64,000 nucleotides of DNA from Candidatus Marinacidobacterales bacterium (lineage in GTDB: Bacteria; Acidobacteriota; Vicinamibacteria; Marinacidobacterales; DATDRI01): the NCBI GenBank assembly GCA_965226495.1, contig OZ245365.1, forward strand, positions 5,984,001-6,048,000, written 5' to 3'. Shown piece after piece: positions 49,532 through 59,022 of this stretch. The position numbers and the translations under genes were made by a program. How positions within the stretch are numbered: the stretch's first letter is position 1; each line of letters opens with the position of its first letter. The notes beneath the pieces were generated by a model. That model was not told the DNA's origin and did no database searches. It saw only the letters and a list, made by a program, of their open reading frames with translations.

Positions 49532-49954
49532 TCAATGCGCGTGACCGCCCTCCGCGGGATGATCATGCGTGATGTTCCACTTCACGTCTTTGACTGTAAA
49601 ACCATCCACCATTCCGTTGCCATTGTGCCAGCCGAGGCCGCACTCTGGGCAGACTTCCTTCTTGGCCTCCACGTTCGGGAAGCATGCGCATTGTCCTTCG
49701 TGGAGGGCACACCAATTGCAGCTCGGAAACGTGCAACAGCTGTACTTTCCGGTGTTGGCTAGCTCGGACTTGGTGTCGTCTAGCGCCGCATTGATTTTCT
49801 CTATTTGCTCGGCAGGTGAGAGCTTCACCGGTTCCTCTTGCTTGGGAGACTCCGCCTGCTGAGCCTGCTGAGCCTGCTGAGCCTGTTGGGCGGGTTGGCA
49901 CGAGACGAGTCCGAAAAGAAGAGCGATCGTCCCAAACACATGAACTGTTTTCAT
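49532..49954 (-). CDS. Cys-rich lipoprotein
   Basis: Lipobox LVSC, (QQA)4 linker, CC-x3-C-x2-C-x6-C-x-C-x10-C-x2-C. Confidence 0.75.
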   Translation of the reverse strand: MKTVHVFGTIALLFGLVSCQPAQQAQQAQQAQQAESPKQEEPVKLSPAEQIEKINAALDDTKSELANTGKYSCCTFPSCNWCALHEGQCACFPNVEAKKEVCPECGLGWHNGNGMVDGFTVKDVKWNITHDHPAEGGHAH

Positions 49955-50067
49955 CACTGGGCCCTGCTCCTTTCTTGGATGCTTCTGCGGGAAGAAAATA
50001 GCGCGGTGCCCGCTCAAAAGTCAAAGAGCGGATTGCTTTTCGGCTTTTACCACACTATTCTTTTCCC

Positions 50068-50859
50068 ATGATGAAACGGGGCCTTCCCATCCTGTTGCCC
50101 CTACTGGGCATGATGGCGGTCACTCAACTCGCTCAGGCTGGCCAAAAGTCATCTAAGACCTGGCTCGATAGTCCCCGAGATTACGAGAAGATCCTGAGGA
50201 GCGGTGAGATCGTGTCCATGAAGGATCTCGGTAGCGGGCGCAACAATCCCAAAAAGGTGACGCTGAAGGACGAGGACCTCACGGTCGATGCGGTCTGGAA
50301 ACCGATCCGGCGCGGCCGCCAAGAGTGGGGCTGGGAGAGCTATCAGGCGGAAGTCGCCGCCTATAAGCTCGACCGTCTTCTCGCGCTAGGAATGGTACCC
50401 CCGACGGTCGTTCGAGAAATCGGCGGCCAAATGGGCTCCCTTCAACTCTGGGTGACGGGGTGCAAACTGTACGAGGAGATGCACGAAGAAGTTCCCGAAT
50501 CAGCGGAGTGGGATAAGGAGCTCTCCCGCATGAAGCTCTTCGATAGCCTCATCAGCAACGGCCACCGCAGCTCGCGGGACTTCATGGTGGACGGACAGTG
50601 GAACATCGTTCTCATCGATCACTCCCAGGCGTTCATGAGCACGCAGGAACTTGACAAAGATCGGGACAAGTTGCCGACGCGATTCGATCGCGACCTCGTC
50701 GAAAAGATGAAAGCGATCGAATCGATGAGCCTCGAAATCCGCATGGATCGCTTGCTGTTGCGGCAACAGGTCGACGCCATCGCAATGCGGCGCGATGCCT
50801 TGGTCGAGTACGTGGAGAAAGCGATCGCCGAAAACGGCGAGGCTGCGGTTTTTCAGTAA
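50068..50859 (+). CDS. Secreted PI3/4-kinase-like domain protein (paralog of the C-terminal domain of 39968-41899)
   Basis: AVWKP, EVAAYKLDRLL.LGMVPPTV.R, GSLQLW, FDSLISNGHR, LIDHSQAF. Confidence 0.75.
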   Translation: MMKRGLPILLPLLGMMAVTQLAQAGQKSSKTWLDSPRDYEKILRSGEIVSMKDLGSGRNNPKKVTLKDEDLTVDAVWKPIRRGRQEWGWESYQAEVAAYKLDRLLALGMVPPTVVREIGGQMGSLQLWVTGCKLYEEMHEEVPESAEWDKELSRMKLFDSLISNGHRSSRDFMVDGQWNIVLIDHSQAFMSTQELDKDRDKLPTRFDRDLVEKMKAIESMSLEIRMDRLLLRQQVDAIAMRRDALVEYVEKAIAENGEAAVFQ

Positions 50860-51072
50860 GTCTACGCGGTCTAGAACTGCCCAATGACGTCATCCGGCTC
50901 ACTCGACCCGGGGGCTTGCGACGCATCTTCCAAATTCCTCGAAAGCTAGAAGTGCTTCCGGAACAAACAGATTAGTGAGAACAGATCGACCTGAGCGGAT
51001 ACGAAACCGCATCGATCGATCGTGCTACAATAGAAAGGGTTCCACGGACAACTTAATTATTTCTCTTGAAGC

Positions 51073-54000
51073 ATGAGCTCTCCCACTCTAGCTCGGATTC
51101 TCGCGATTAGTGTCGCCGCCGTCCTGCTAATCTTGTCCGGCGCCGTCGCCGCTCAGAGCCCCCTCGACCTGCTCTCCGTCACGCCCGCCGGTGAGGACGT
51201 CCCGCCCGGCCGACAGATCGTTTTCCAGTTCGACCGCCCGGTGGTGCCGATCGGCAGAATGGATCGGGACCCCAGTGAAGTTCCCATAACCATCGAGCCT
51301 TCGCTTGAATGCGAATGGCGATGGATTAGTACGTCGGCCCTCGCCTGCCAACTCGGGGAGGACGACGCCCTGGTGCCGGCAACGAGGTACGTACTAAACG
51401 TTGCACCGACGCTTACCGCTCAAGATGGAAGCCGGCTCCTAGCCGACGAGACCCACGAGTTCACGACCCAACGTCCCGCGGTGCAGTATGCGAACTTTCG
51501 CACCTGGCACAGTCCCGGCACACCGGAGATCTTCCTGAACCTCAACCAGCCGGTGGAAGTGGCGTCGCTCGGACAACATTTGTTCCTGGAGCTTCCCGGA
51601 GGCGAACGAGTCGATCTTGCCATCTCACCCACAGACGTCAAGAACCAGGCCGACATCTACTGGATCGCGGAACCGGTGCGCGAGCTTCCTCTTAACACGC
51701 GGGTTCTTTTGAAGGTCGAGCCGGGTCTCGAATCCAAGCTCGGACCCGAGCCGAGCGTAGAGACGAAGACGGTCGTCGAGTTCTTCACCTTCCCCGAGCA
51801 TCGCTTCTTGGGTGTTCGGTGCCGGGACAACAAGAATGAAGAGATCCGTGTTCCACCGGATGCCTGGATCCGCACCACCCGTGCCTGCAATCCGCTTGAC
51901 AGCGTCGTTCTCTTGTTCTCGTCGCCCGTCATCAAGGAAGTACTGCGCGACCATCTACTAGTGGAGCCCGATCTCGCGGGAGGCCGGGACGATTTCGACC
52001 CGTGGGACAACATCTATAGTTACTCACGGCTCAACCGCCCTCGCCGTCGGGATCAGGAGTACCGGATGCGGCTTCCCGGCACCCTGAAGGCGCGGGCCGA
52101 GTACAGCGTGAAAGCCGCGGCCGATGCGCTGAAGGACGAGTTCGGAAGGTCGCTGGCGGCCGATATCGACATTAAGTTCTCGACCGACGATCGCCCACCC
52201 CGTTTCGTTCTGACACACCCAGTCTCCGTGCTCGAGACGCAGGTCGAGACTCATGTTCCCCTCACCGTCACAAACCTGGAGCAGGTTCGTGCCCGTTATC
52301 GGGGCGTGACGCCGTCCGGTTCGGTGCAAGAGACAGAGAGTATGGCTCTCCCGGAAGTGCTGAACGTCGCCTACCGAATCCCGCTTAACGTGCGGGAGTG
52401 GCTCAGCGGCGGGTCCGGGGCCGTGTTGGGGAACATCGAGTCGACTCCAGCCACGAGCAATAAGCGTCCTTGGTTTTTCTCCACGGTCAGTCCTTTTCAG
52501 GTCCATTCGAAGGTCGGTCACCGCAACACCGCCGTCTGGGTGACGGATCTCGAAAGCGGTCTCCCCGTCGAGGGCGCACGCGTGACTATCTATTCCGGAG
52601 TCGTGAGCGAGCTGAGCGCGGACCACAAGATGCTGAGCGAGAGCACGACCGATGCCACGGGGCTAGCACTTCTCGACGGAGCCGCGGAGATCGATCCCAA
52701 GCTCGAGCTCTTCCATCGGGGCTCTGTCGTGAGGTGGGGAGATGGCCCGTCCCTGGATCCTCTGCTTTTCGTGCGCGTCGACAAGGACGGTGAGATGGCG
52801 CTCACCCCGCTCAGCGGAGACTTCATGGCTCGCGCCGAGGGGCCGAACAACTCTTGGATTCCGACCGATTACCGCCGTCGCTACGGGCACATCGCTACCT
52901 GGGGAACCACGGCACAAGGTGTTTATCGAGTGGGAGATACGGTCGAGTTCAAGATCTACGTTCGCGATCAAAGCAACAAGAAGTTCGTTCCCGCTCCCTC
53001 CAAGGGCTACACGCTTCGCGTCTACGATCCGATGGACAAGCTGGTTCACGAGGTCGAAGACCTCGAGCTCAATCGGTTCGGAAGCTATGCGGGAGATTTC
53101 GCAGTTCCCGATACCGGCGGCGTCGGATGGTACGGCTTCCGTCTCACCGCCGATTTTATCGACAACACCACCTGGTACCCGATGCGCGTCCTCATCGCCG
53201 ATTTCACGCCGGCGCCCTTTAGGGTGACGACCGACATCAACGGTGAGCTCTTCCACCCCGGTGACGAGGTGGCCGTGGCCACCAGCGCCAAGCTCCATGC
53301 CGGTGGTCCCTACGCAGACGCCCAGAGCCGCCGGACGGTCTCGTTGCAGTCGACTCCTTTGAGGCCCAGCGACCCCAAGGCCGCGAACTTTTTCTTCGAC
53401 ACCGGCCGTTCTCGGAACGAGAAACTCTACGAGAGCGAGGCTAGCGTCGACTCTCAAGGAGAGTACGGCGAGACCGTGACGCTTCCGACATCGGATATCG
53501 TTTATGGCCGGCTTCGTTTCGAAAGCTCAGTCCGTGACGACCGTGGGAAGTATGTCAGTGGACGCGCACCAGCGACCTACGCCGGGCGGGATCGTTACGT
53601 CGGCATCCGTCAGGGGAACTGGATTCTCGAGGCCGGCGGGTCGTTTGAGGTTTTGGCAATCGTGGTCGACGAGACAGGCCACGTGAGGCCGGGGACCGAT
53701 GTCACCCTACGCGTCGAGTATCTGGAGGTCAAAGCTTCACGGGTAAAGGGTGCTGGTAACGCTTATCTCACCCAGTACATTCAGAATTGGGTGGAAGTCA
53801 CGCGCTGCGAAAAAGAGTCCGCAGAAGATCCAATTTCGTGTCCGGTGACGCCACAAAAGTCGGGTCGATATCGTTTCAACGCTGAGGTCTCGGATACGCT
53901 GGGGCGGCCGCATTCCAGCTCGCTGACACGCTGGAGCATCGGCAAGGGACAGGTCCTCTGGGAAACCCCGCCCGGCCACCACCTTCCTATCGAGCCGGAA

Positions 54001-56817
54001 AAAGAGGAGTATCGCGTCGGCGACACGGCGCGTTTTCTCATCCGTAACCCGTTTCCCGGAGGGCGCGCGCTCTTTACCATCGAGCGCATCGGTGTCCAGC
54101 GAAGCTGGACGAAGATTCTCGAGAACAGCAGCGAGCTCATCGAGTTCGAGGTAACACCCGACCATCTACCGGGGTTTTACTTTTCGGCGGTCGTGACGTC
54201 GAAACGCGTCGAAGCACCGTTGGGAGACAACCAAGTAGACCTCGGCAAGCCGGCCTTCCGTATGGGTTATGTCCGCGTTCCGGTCCGCGATCCCTACAAA
54301 GAGATAGAGGTCGATGTCTCGCCGAAAAGGGACAACTACCGTCCTCGTGAGACAGTGCAGGTGGACCTGGTGGCGCGTCCGCGTCATGCGGTGATGACCG
54401 ACGATGGCCCTCCCGCGGTGGAACTGGCGATCGCCGTTTTGGACGAAGCGGTCTTTGACCTGATTCAGGGAGGAGAACGCTACTTCGATCCCTACCAGGG
54501 TTTCTACGAGCTCGAACAGCTCGACGTCCAGAACTACAACCTCCTCACGCGTCTCATCGGTATTCAGAAGTTCGAAAAGAAGGGCGCCAATCCGGGTGGC
54601 GGCGGCGCGTCGGGTCTCGACATGCGGTCGATATTCAAGTTCGTAGCGTACTGGAACCCGTCCGTCCCGACCGACAGCGATGGCCGTGCCAGCATCGAGT
54701 TCCAGGCACCAGACAATCTGACTGGCTGGCGGGTGCTGGCGATCGCCGTGACCAAGAACGACCTGATGGGGCTGGGGGATGGCACGTTTGTCGTCAATCA
54801 GCCCACTGAGCTCCGGCCGGCTCTCCCCAATCAGGTTACCGAGGGCGATCATTTCGATGCTCGTTTCACAGTCATGAACCGCACCGAGCTCAAGCGCACG
54901 TTGGTCATCGAAGCGAAAGTCGAGGGCCCGGCCGAGTCCCCCGGTCTCGAAGGCTTCCGCATCGAGGCCGAGCCCTTCAAGCGCTACCCCATCGTCTTCC
55001 CGGTTCGCACTACTAATGATGGGGAGGTCTTCTTCACCATCCGAGCGGGTGACATCGAAGACGGAGACGCGCTTCGTCACGGGCTCGAAGTCAGAAAACG
55101 CACCGCGCTGGAGGCTGCGGCCAACTACGGCACGACGATCGACGACGAAGTCACCGAGTCGATTCTGTTTCCGGAAGGGATACGGACGGACGTGGGCCGG
55201 GTGAGCGTGGTCGTCAGTCCCTCGGTCATCGGCGGCGTGGAAGGTGCGTTCCGGTACATGCGGGATTATCCGTACGCTTGTTGGGAGCAGAAACTGACCA
55301 AGGGCGTCATGGCGTCCCACTTCGCACATCTCCGTAGTTATCTCCCCGACGAGGTGGAATGGGAGGGACACGAGAAGCTGCCCGATATCACGCTCGGCCT
55401 AGCCGCAAGCTATCAGGCTCCGAACGGTGGCATGGTCTACTACCGTCCCGAAGACCAGTACGTGAGTCCCTACTTGAGCGCTTATACCGCTCTCGCCTTC
55501 AATTGGCTCCGCGCTCGTGGCCACACCATCCCCGCCGGGGTCGAGGAAAAGCTCCACGGTTATCTCCTCAATCTGTTGCGGACGGATGTCTTTCCGGACT
55601 TTTTTACCAAGGGGATGGCGTCGAGTGTCCGCGCGGTGGCTCTGGCCGCCTTGGCGCCCGCTGGCAAGATCGACCTTTCCGATATCGAACGCTACCGCCG
55701 CCATGTCGCGGAGATGGATCTCTTCGGCAAGGCCCACTATCTGCTCGCCTCGGTCGAGCTCGGAGCGGTTGCCGAACTACAAGCCGAAGTCAGAGACGAC
55801 ATCCTCGCGCATTCCAATCAATCGGGTGGAAAGTTCACGTTCAGTGAGAGTATTGATGTCGATTTCCAACGGATTCTGTATTCGCCGGTGAAGAGCAACT
55901 GCACCATTCTGACGTCGCTGGTCGCGCACCAGGGCGGTGCACCGAGCGGAACCGGACTCGGAGATGTTCCTTTCAAGCTCACCCGCTCCATCACCCAAGA
56001 GCGCAAGAGACGCGATCGATGGGAGAACACGCAGGACAACATGTTCTGCATGAACGCCCTCATTGACTACAGCGGTGCCTACGAAAAAGACGAACCGGCG
56101 ATGACGATCCGTACGTACTTCGATGACGAAGAGCTTCCGTCGGTCGAGTTCACGGACCTCCGCGATCCGGCTGGCGAAGTGGAGCGTCCGATTCAGCCCG
56201 GCGATGCGGGTCGCGGTGCCACGGTGCGGATCGAAAGGGAAGGGACGGGCCGGCTCTACTATGCGACGCGGCTTTTCTACTCACCCATCGAGCTCAAGAA
56301 AGATTCCATCAACTCTGGAATGGTCGTGAAACGAGAATACAGCGTCGAGCGTGATGGCGAATGGGTGCTTCTCGAAGATCCCATTCGCATCCGGACCGGA
56401 GACCTGGTTCGGGTGGATCTCTATATCTCGCTTCCCGCGCCACGGAACTTTGTCGTGGTGGAAGACCCCGTACCGGGCGGGTTGGAGCCGGTGAATCGCG
56501 ACCTCGCAACCGCATCGGAGGGCGACGCCGAAAAAGGAGAGTTCAAGCGCAGGGCCAGCTCCTATTGGTTCACCTATAGCGATTGGCGCGAGTACGGGTA
56601 TTCCCGTTGGAGCTTCTATCATCAGGAGCTCCTTCACCACGCGGCCCGTTTCTACTCCGAATACCTGCCCGCCGGAAACTACCATCTCTCTTACATCGCG
56701 CAGGCCATCGCGCCCGGCGAGTTTCACATCGGGCCGGTCCATTCCGAAGAAATGTACGACCCCGATGTCTTTGGGCAGGGCATTCCCTCTCAGCTCATCG
56801 TCGAGGAGGCACAGTGA
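51073..56817 (+). CDS. Bacterial alpha-2-macroglobulin family protein
   Basis: Thioester motif YPYACWEQ, PDNLTGWR, VVVEDPVPGGLE, EEMYDPDVFG; adjacent to pbpC. Confidence 0.93.
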   Translation: MSSPTLARILAISVAAVLLILSGAVAAQSPLDLLSVTPAGEDVPPGRQIVFQFDRPVVPIGRMDRDPSEVPITIEPSLECEWRWISTSALACQLGEDDALVPATRYVLNVAPTLTAQDGSRLLADETHEFTTQRPAVQYANFRTWHSPGTPEIFLNLNQPVEVASLGQHLFLELPGGERVDLAISPTDVKNQADIYWIAEPVRELPLNTRVLLKVEPGLESKLGPEPSVETKTVVEFFTFPEHRFLGVRCRDNKNEEIRVPPDAWIRTTRACNPLDSVVLLFSSPVIKEVLRDHLLVEPDLAGGRDDFDPWDNIYSYSRLNRPRRRDQEYRMRLPGTLKARAEYSVKAAADALKDEFGRSLAADIDIKFSTDDRPPRFVLTHPVSVLETQVETHVPLTVTNLEQVRARYRGVTPSGSVQETESMALPEVLNVAYRIPLNVREWLSGGSGAVLGNIESTPATSNKRPWFFSTVSPFQVHSKVGHRNTAVWVTDLESGLPVEGARVTIYSGVVSELSADHKMLSESTTDATGLALLDGAAEIDPKLELFHRGSVVRWGDGPSLDPLLFVRVDKDGEMALTPLSGDFMARAEGPNNSWIPTDYRRRYGHIATWGTTAQGVYRVGDTVEFKIYVRDQSNKKFVPAPSKGYTLRVYDPMDKLVHEVEDLELNRFGSYAGDFAVPDTGGVGWYGFRLTADFIDNTTWYPMRVLIADFTPAPFRVTTDINGELFHPGDEVAVATSAKLHAGGPYADAQSRRTVSLQSTPLRPSDPKAANFFFDTGRSRNEKLYESEASVDSQGEYGETVTLPTSDIVYGRLRFESSVRDDRGKYVSGRAPATYAGRDRYVGIRQGNWILEAGGSFEVLAIVVDETGHVRPGTDVTLRVEYLEVKASRVKGAGNAYLTQYIQNWVEVTRCEKESAEDPISCPVTPQKSGRYRFNAEVSDTLGRPHSSSLTRWSIGKGQVLWETPPGHHLPIEPEKEEYRVGDTARFLIRNPFPGGRALFTIERIGVQRSWTKILENSSELIEFEVTPDHLPGFYFSAVVTSKRVEAPLGDNQVDLGKPAFRMGYVRVPVRDPYKEIEVDVSPKRDNYRPRETVQVDLVARPRHAVMTDDGPPAVELAIAVLDEAVFDLIQGGERYFDPYQGFYELEQLDVQNYNLLTRLIGIQKFEKKGANPGGGGASGLDMRSIFKFVAYWNPSVPTDSDGRASIEFQAPDNLTGWRVLAIAVTKNDLMGLGDGTFVVNQPTELRPALPNQVTEGDHFDARFTVMNRTELKRTLVIEAKVEGPAESPGLEGFRIEAEPFKRYPIVFPVRTTNDGEVFFTIRAGDIEDGDALRHGLEVRKRTALEAAANYGTTIDDEVTESILFPEGIRTDVGRVSVVVSPSVIGGVEGAFRYMRDYPYACWEQKLTKGVMASHFAHLRSYLPDEVEWEGHEKLPDITLGLAASYQAPNGGMVYYRPEDQYVSPYLSAYTALAFNWLRARGHTIPAGVEEKLHGYLLNLLRTDVFPDFFTKGMASSVRAVALAALAPAGKIDLSDIERYRRHVAEMDLFGKAHYLLASVELGAVAELQAEVRDDILAHSNQSGGKFTFSESIDVDFQRILYSPVKSNCTILTSLVAHQGGAPSGTGLGDVPFKLTRSITQERKRRDRWENTQDNMFCMNALIDYSGAYEKDEPAMTIRTYFDDEELPSVEFTDLRDPAGEVERPIQPGDAGRGATVRIEREGTGRLYYATRLFYSPIELKKDSINSGMVVKREYSVERDGEWVLLEDPIRIRTGDLVRVDLYISLPAPRNFVVVEDPVPGGLEPVNRDLATASEGDAEKGEFKRRASSYWFTYSDWREYGYSRWSFYHQELLHHAARFYSEYLPAGNYHLSYIAQAIAPGEFHIGPVHSEEMYDPDVFGQGIPSQLIVEEAQ

Positions 56818-59018
56818 GAAGGAACGCCTTTCTCGTGACCGCCGGGGTCATGACGCTCGTCGTTTTAGGAAAGACCTGGTTAGATCTGAGGCCCTTGCCG
56901 GAGTCGCTTCCGCCTTCGGAGTTCGGTGTCGGCCAACCGCGGATCACCGATCGCAACGGCTTAGCGCTTTCCGTCAGCTATCAGGCGGACTGGAATCTCC
57001 ACGAGGTCGTTCCTCTGCACGAGACGCCGGAGCTACTACAGCAGGCCTTCGTGCATGCCGAAGACAAGCGCTTCTTCGAGCACGGCGGCGTCGACTGGCT
57101 AGCACGGGCTCATGCAGTGGTTCAGAACCTGCGAGCACTTAGAGCAGTCCGTGGAGCGAGCACCATTACCGAGCAAGTGGTTCGCATTCTTCACCCGCGT
57201 CCCCGCACACTTTGGTCGCGCTGGCTCGAAGGCAACGAAGCGGCCCGGCTCGAAGATCGTTTCGGCAAGGCGCAGATCCTCGAGCTTTACCTCAACCAGG
57301 TCCCCTATGCGAGAAACCGTCGAGGTGTAGCTCAGGCGGCGCGATACTACTTCAAACGCGATCTCGACACCTTGACCGACAAGGAGATGCTGGCGCTCGC
57401 CGTGCTGCCGCGCAGCCCCTCGCGACTGGATCTCGCAAAAGGGGTCGAAGCGATCGAGCGGCCGTTGCTTCGGCTCGCCGAGCGGCTTCTGGAACGTGGC
57501 GTCATCACCGCCGAACGGCTCGATGGCATCGAGCATCCGTCGCTCGCGGTCGTCGAGGTCTCGTCGCCTATTGATGATGCCGCCGCACACTTTGTGCGCT
57601 TCGTGCGCGATCGATCGCTCGGCGCGACCGGCCATCGCATTCAGACGACGCTCGATGGGTCTCTGCAACGGCGCGTACAGCAGCTTCTCGATGGTCAAGT
57701 GGCCAGCCTTGGATCCCGACGTGTGGCCGACGGAGCGGCCTTGATTGTCGATCACCGGAGAAACGAGGTGCTGGCGTGGGTCAATGCCGGAGGCTTTACC
57801 GATCGAGAAGGTGGACACATCGACAAGGTGACGATGCCTCGCCAGCCAGGCTCTGCGCTCAAGCCATTCGTCTACGCACTCGCATTGGAAAAAGGTTGGA
57901 CGGCGGCAACTCTCCTTGATGACTCGCCCCTGGTCGAGTCGGTGGGGAACGGTGTCCACAATTTTAGAAACTACAGCCGACAGTACTATGGTCCCATTCG
58001 CTTACGCGGTGCGCTAGGCAACTCCTTGAACGTGCCCGCGGTCCTCGCCATTCAGTTCACCGGACGCTCGGAGCTCCTGGAGCGCCTGCGGCTTCTAGGC
58101 TTCGACAGCCTCACCCAACACCCCGACTTCTACGGAGATGGTCTGGCGCTGGGGAACGGGGAAGTCATGCTCTTCGAGATGGTCCAGGCGTATGCCACCC
58201 TTGCACGAGGCGGGGAGTTCCGGCCTCTGGAGTGGCGGCTGGACGCGGTCGAGCTCGGCGAATCGCGCCGCCGTGTGTTCGGTCGCGAGGTGTCATCCGT
58301 CGTAACCGACATCTTGTCGGACCCCGATGCCCGCCGACTCGAGTTCGGAGCCGGCTCGATCTTGAATCTGCCGGTCCAGACCGCGGTCAAGACCGGAACC
58401 TCCAACGACTACCGCGATGCGTGGGCGCTCGGCTTCTCCGACCGCTACACGGTGGGTGTTTGGATGGGGAATGTCGATCAAAGGCCCATGCACGAGGTCA
58501 CTGGCTCCTCGGGTCCGGCCCTCGTCCTGCGCGCGGTCTTCGCCGAGCTACGCCGGCACAAAGAATCGAAGCCTCTTTATCTCAGCCGCAAGCTCGTCTC
58601 TCGACAGATATGCACCAAGACCGGAAAGCTGGCGACGAGTCAGTGTCCTATAGCGCCCGAATGGTTCCGCCCGGAGAGAGCTCCTAAGAAGACGTGCACC
58701 GCCCACACCGATCACCAGCGTCATGCGAGTGCCGCGCCGGCGACCGACTCGCCGGTCATGTCGGTCAGGCTCGAAAGCCCGACGCCCGGACTTCACATCG
58801 CTCTCGATCCGCGGATTCCCGATGAGCTGGAGCGGTTCGCGTTTCGGATCTCGGCCGTCGAAGCCGAACGCGTGGAGTGGATTCTCGATGAGGAAGTCAT
58901 CGGAACGACCCCCACGTTCCTGTGGCATCCAGCCCGCGGTCGCCACACCGCGCAGGCTCGCGTTTGGATCGCGGGCCGGTCGGTCGAAACGGATCGCGTT
59001 TCCTTCGTCGTGAAGTAA
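56814..59018 (+). CDS. pbpC: Penicillin-binding protein 1C
   Basis: EDKRFFEH, GASTITEQ, RQPGSALKPF, SLN, KTGTS; GTG 56814 overlaps the A2M stop. Confidence 0.9.
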   Translation: MRRNAFLVTAGVMTLVVLGKTWLDLRPLPESLPPSEFGVGQPRITDRNGLALSVSYQADWNLHEVVPLHETPELLQQAFVHAEDKRFFEHGGVDWLARAHAVVQNLRALRAVRGASTITEQVVRILHPRPRTLWSRWLEGNEAARLEDRFGKAQILELYLNQVPYARNRRGVAQAARYYFKRDLDTLTDKEMLALAVLPRSPSRLDLAKGVEAIERPLLRLAERLLERGVITAERLDGIEHPSLAVVEVSSPIDDAAAHFVRFVRDRSLGATGHRIQTTLDGSLQRRVQQLLDGQVASLGSRRVADGAALIVDHRRNEVLAWVNAGGFTDREGGHIDKVTMPRQPGSALKPFVYALALEKGWTAATLLDDSPLVESVGNGVHNFRNYSRQYYGPIRLRGALGNSLNVPAVLAIQFTGRSELLERLRLLGFDSLTQHPDFYGDGLALGNGEVMLFEMVQAYATLARGGEFRPLEWRLDAVELGESRRRVFGREVSSVVTDILSDPDARRLEFGAGSILNLPVQTAVKTGTSNDYRDAWALGFSDRYTVGVWMGNVDQRPMHEVTGSSGPALVLRAVFAELRRHKESKPLYLSRKLVSRQICTKTGKLATSQCPIAPEWFRPERAPKKTCTAHTDHQRHASAAPATDSPVMSVRLESPTPGLHIALDPRIPDELERFAFRISAVEAERVEWILDEEVIGTTPTFLWHPARGRHTAQARVWIAGRSVETDRVSFVVK

Positions 59019-59022
59019 CCCC

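Noticed and set aside
51073-59018. A2M-pbpC pair as a novel system
   Set aside because: Well-known conserved bacterial gene pair.
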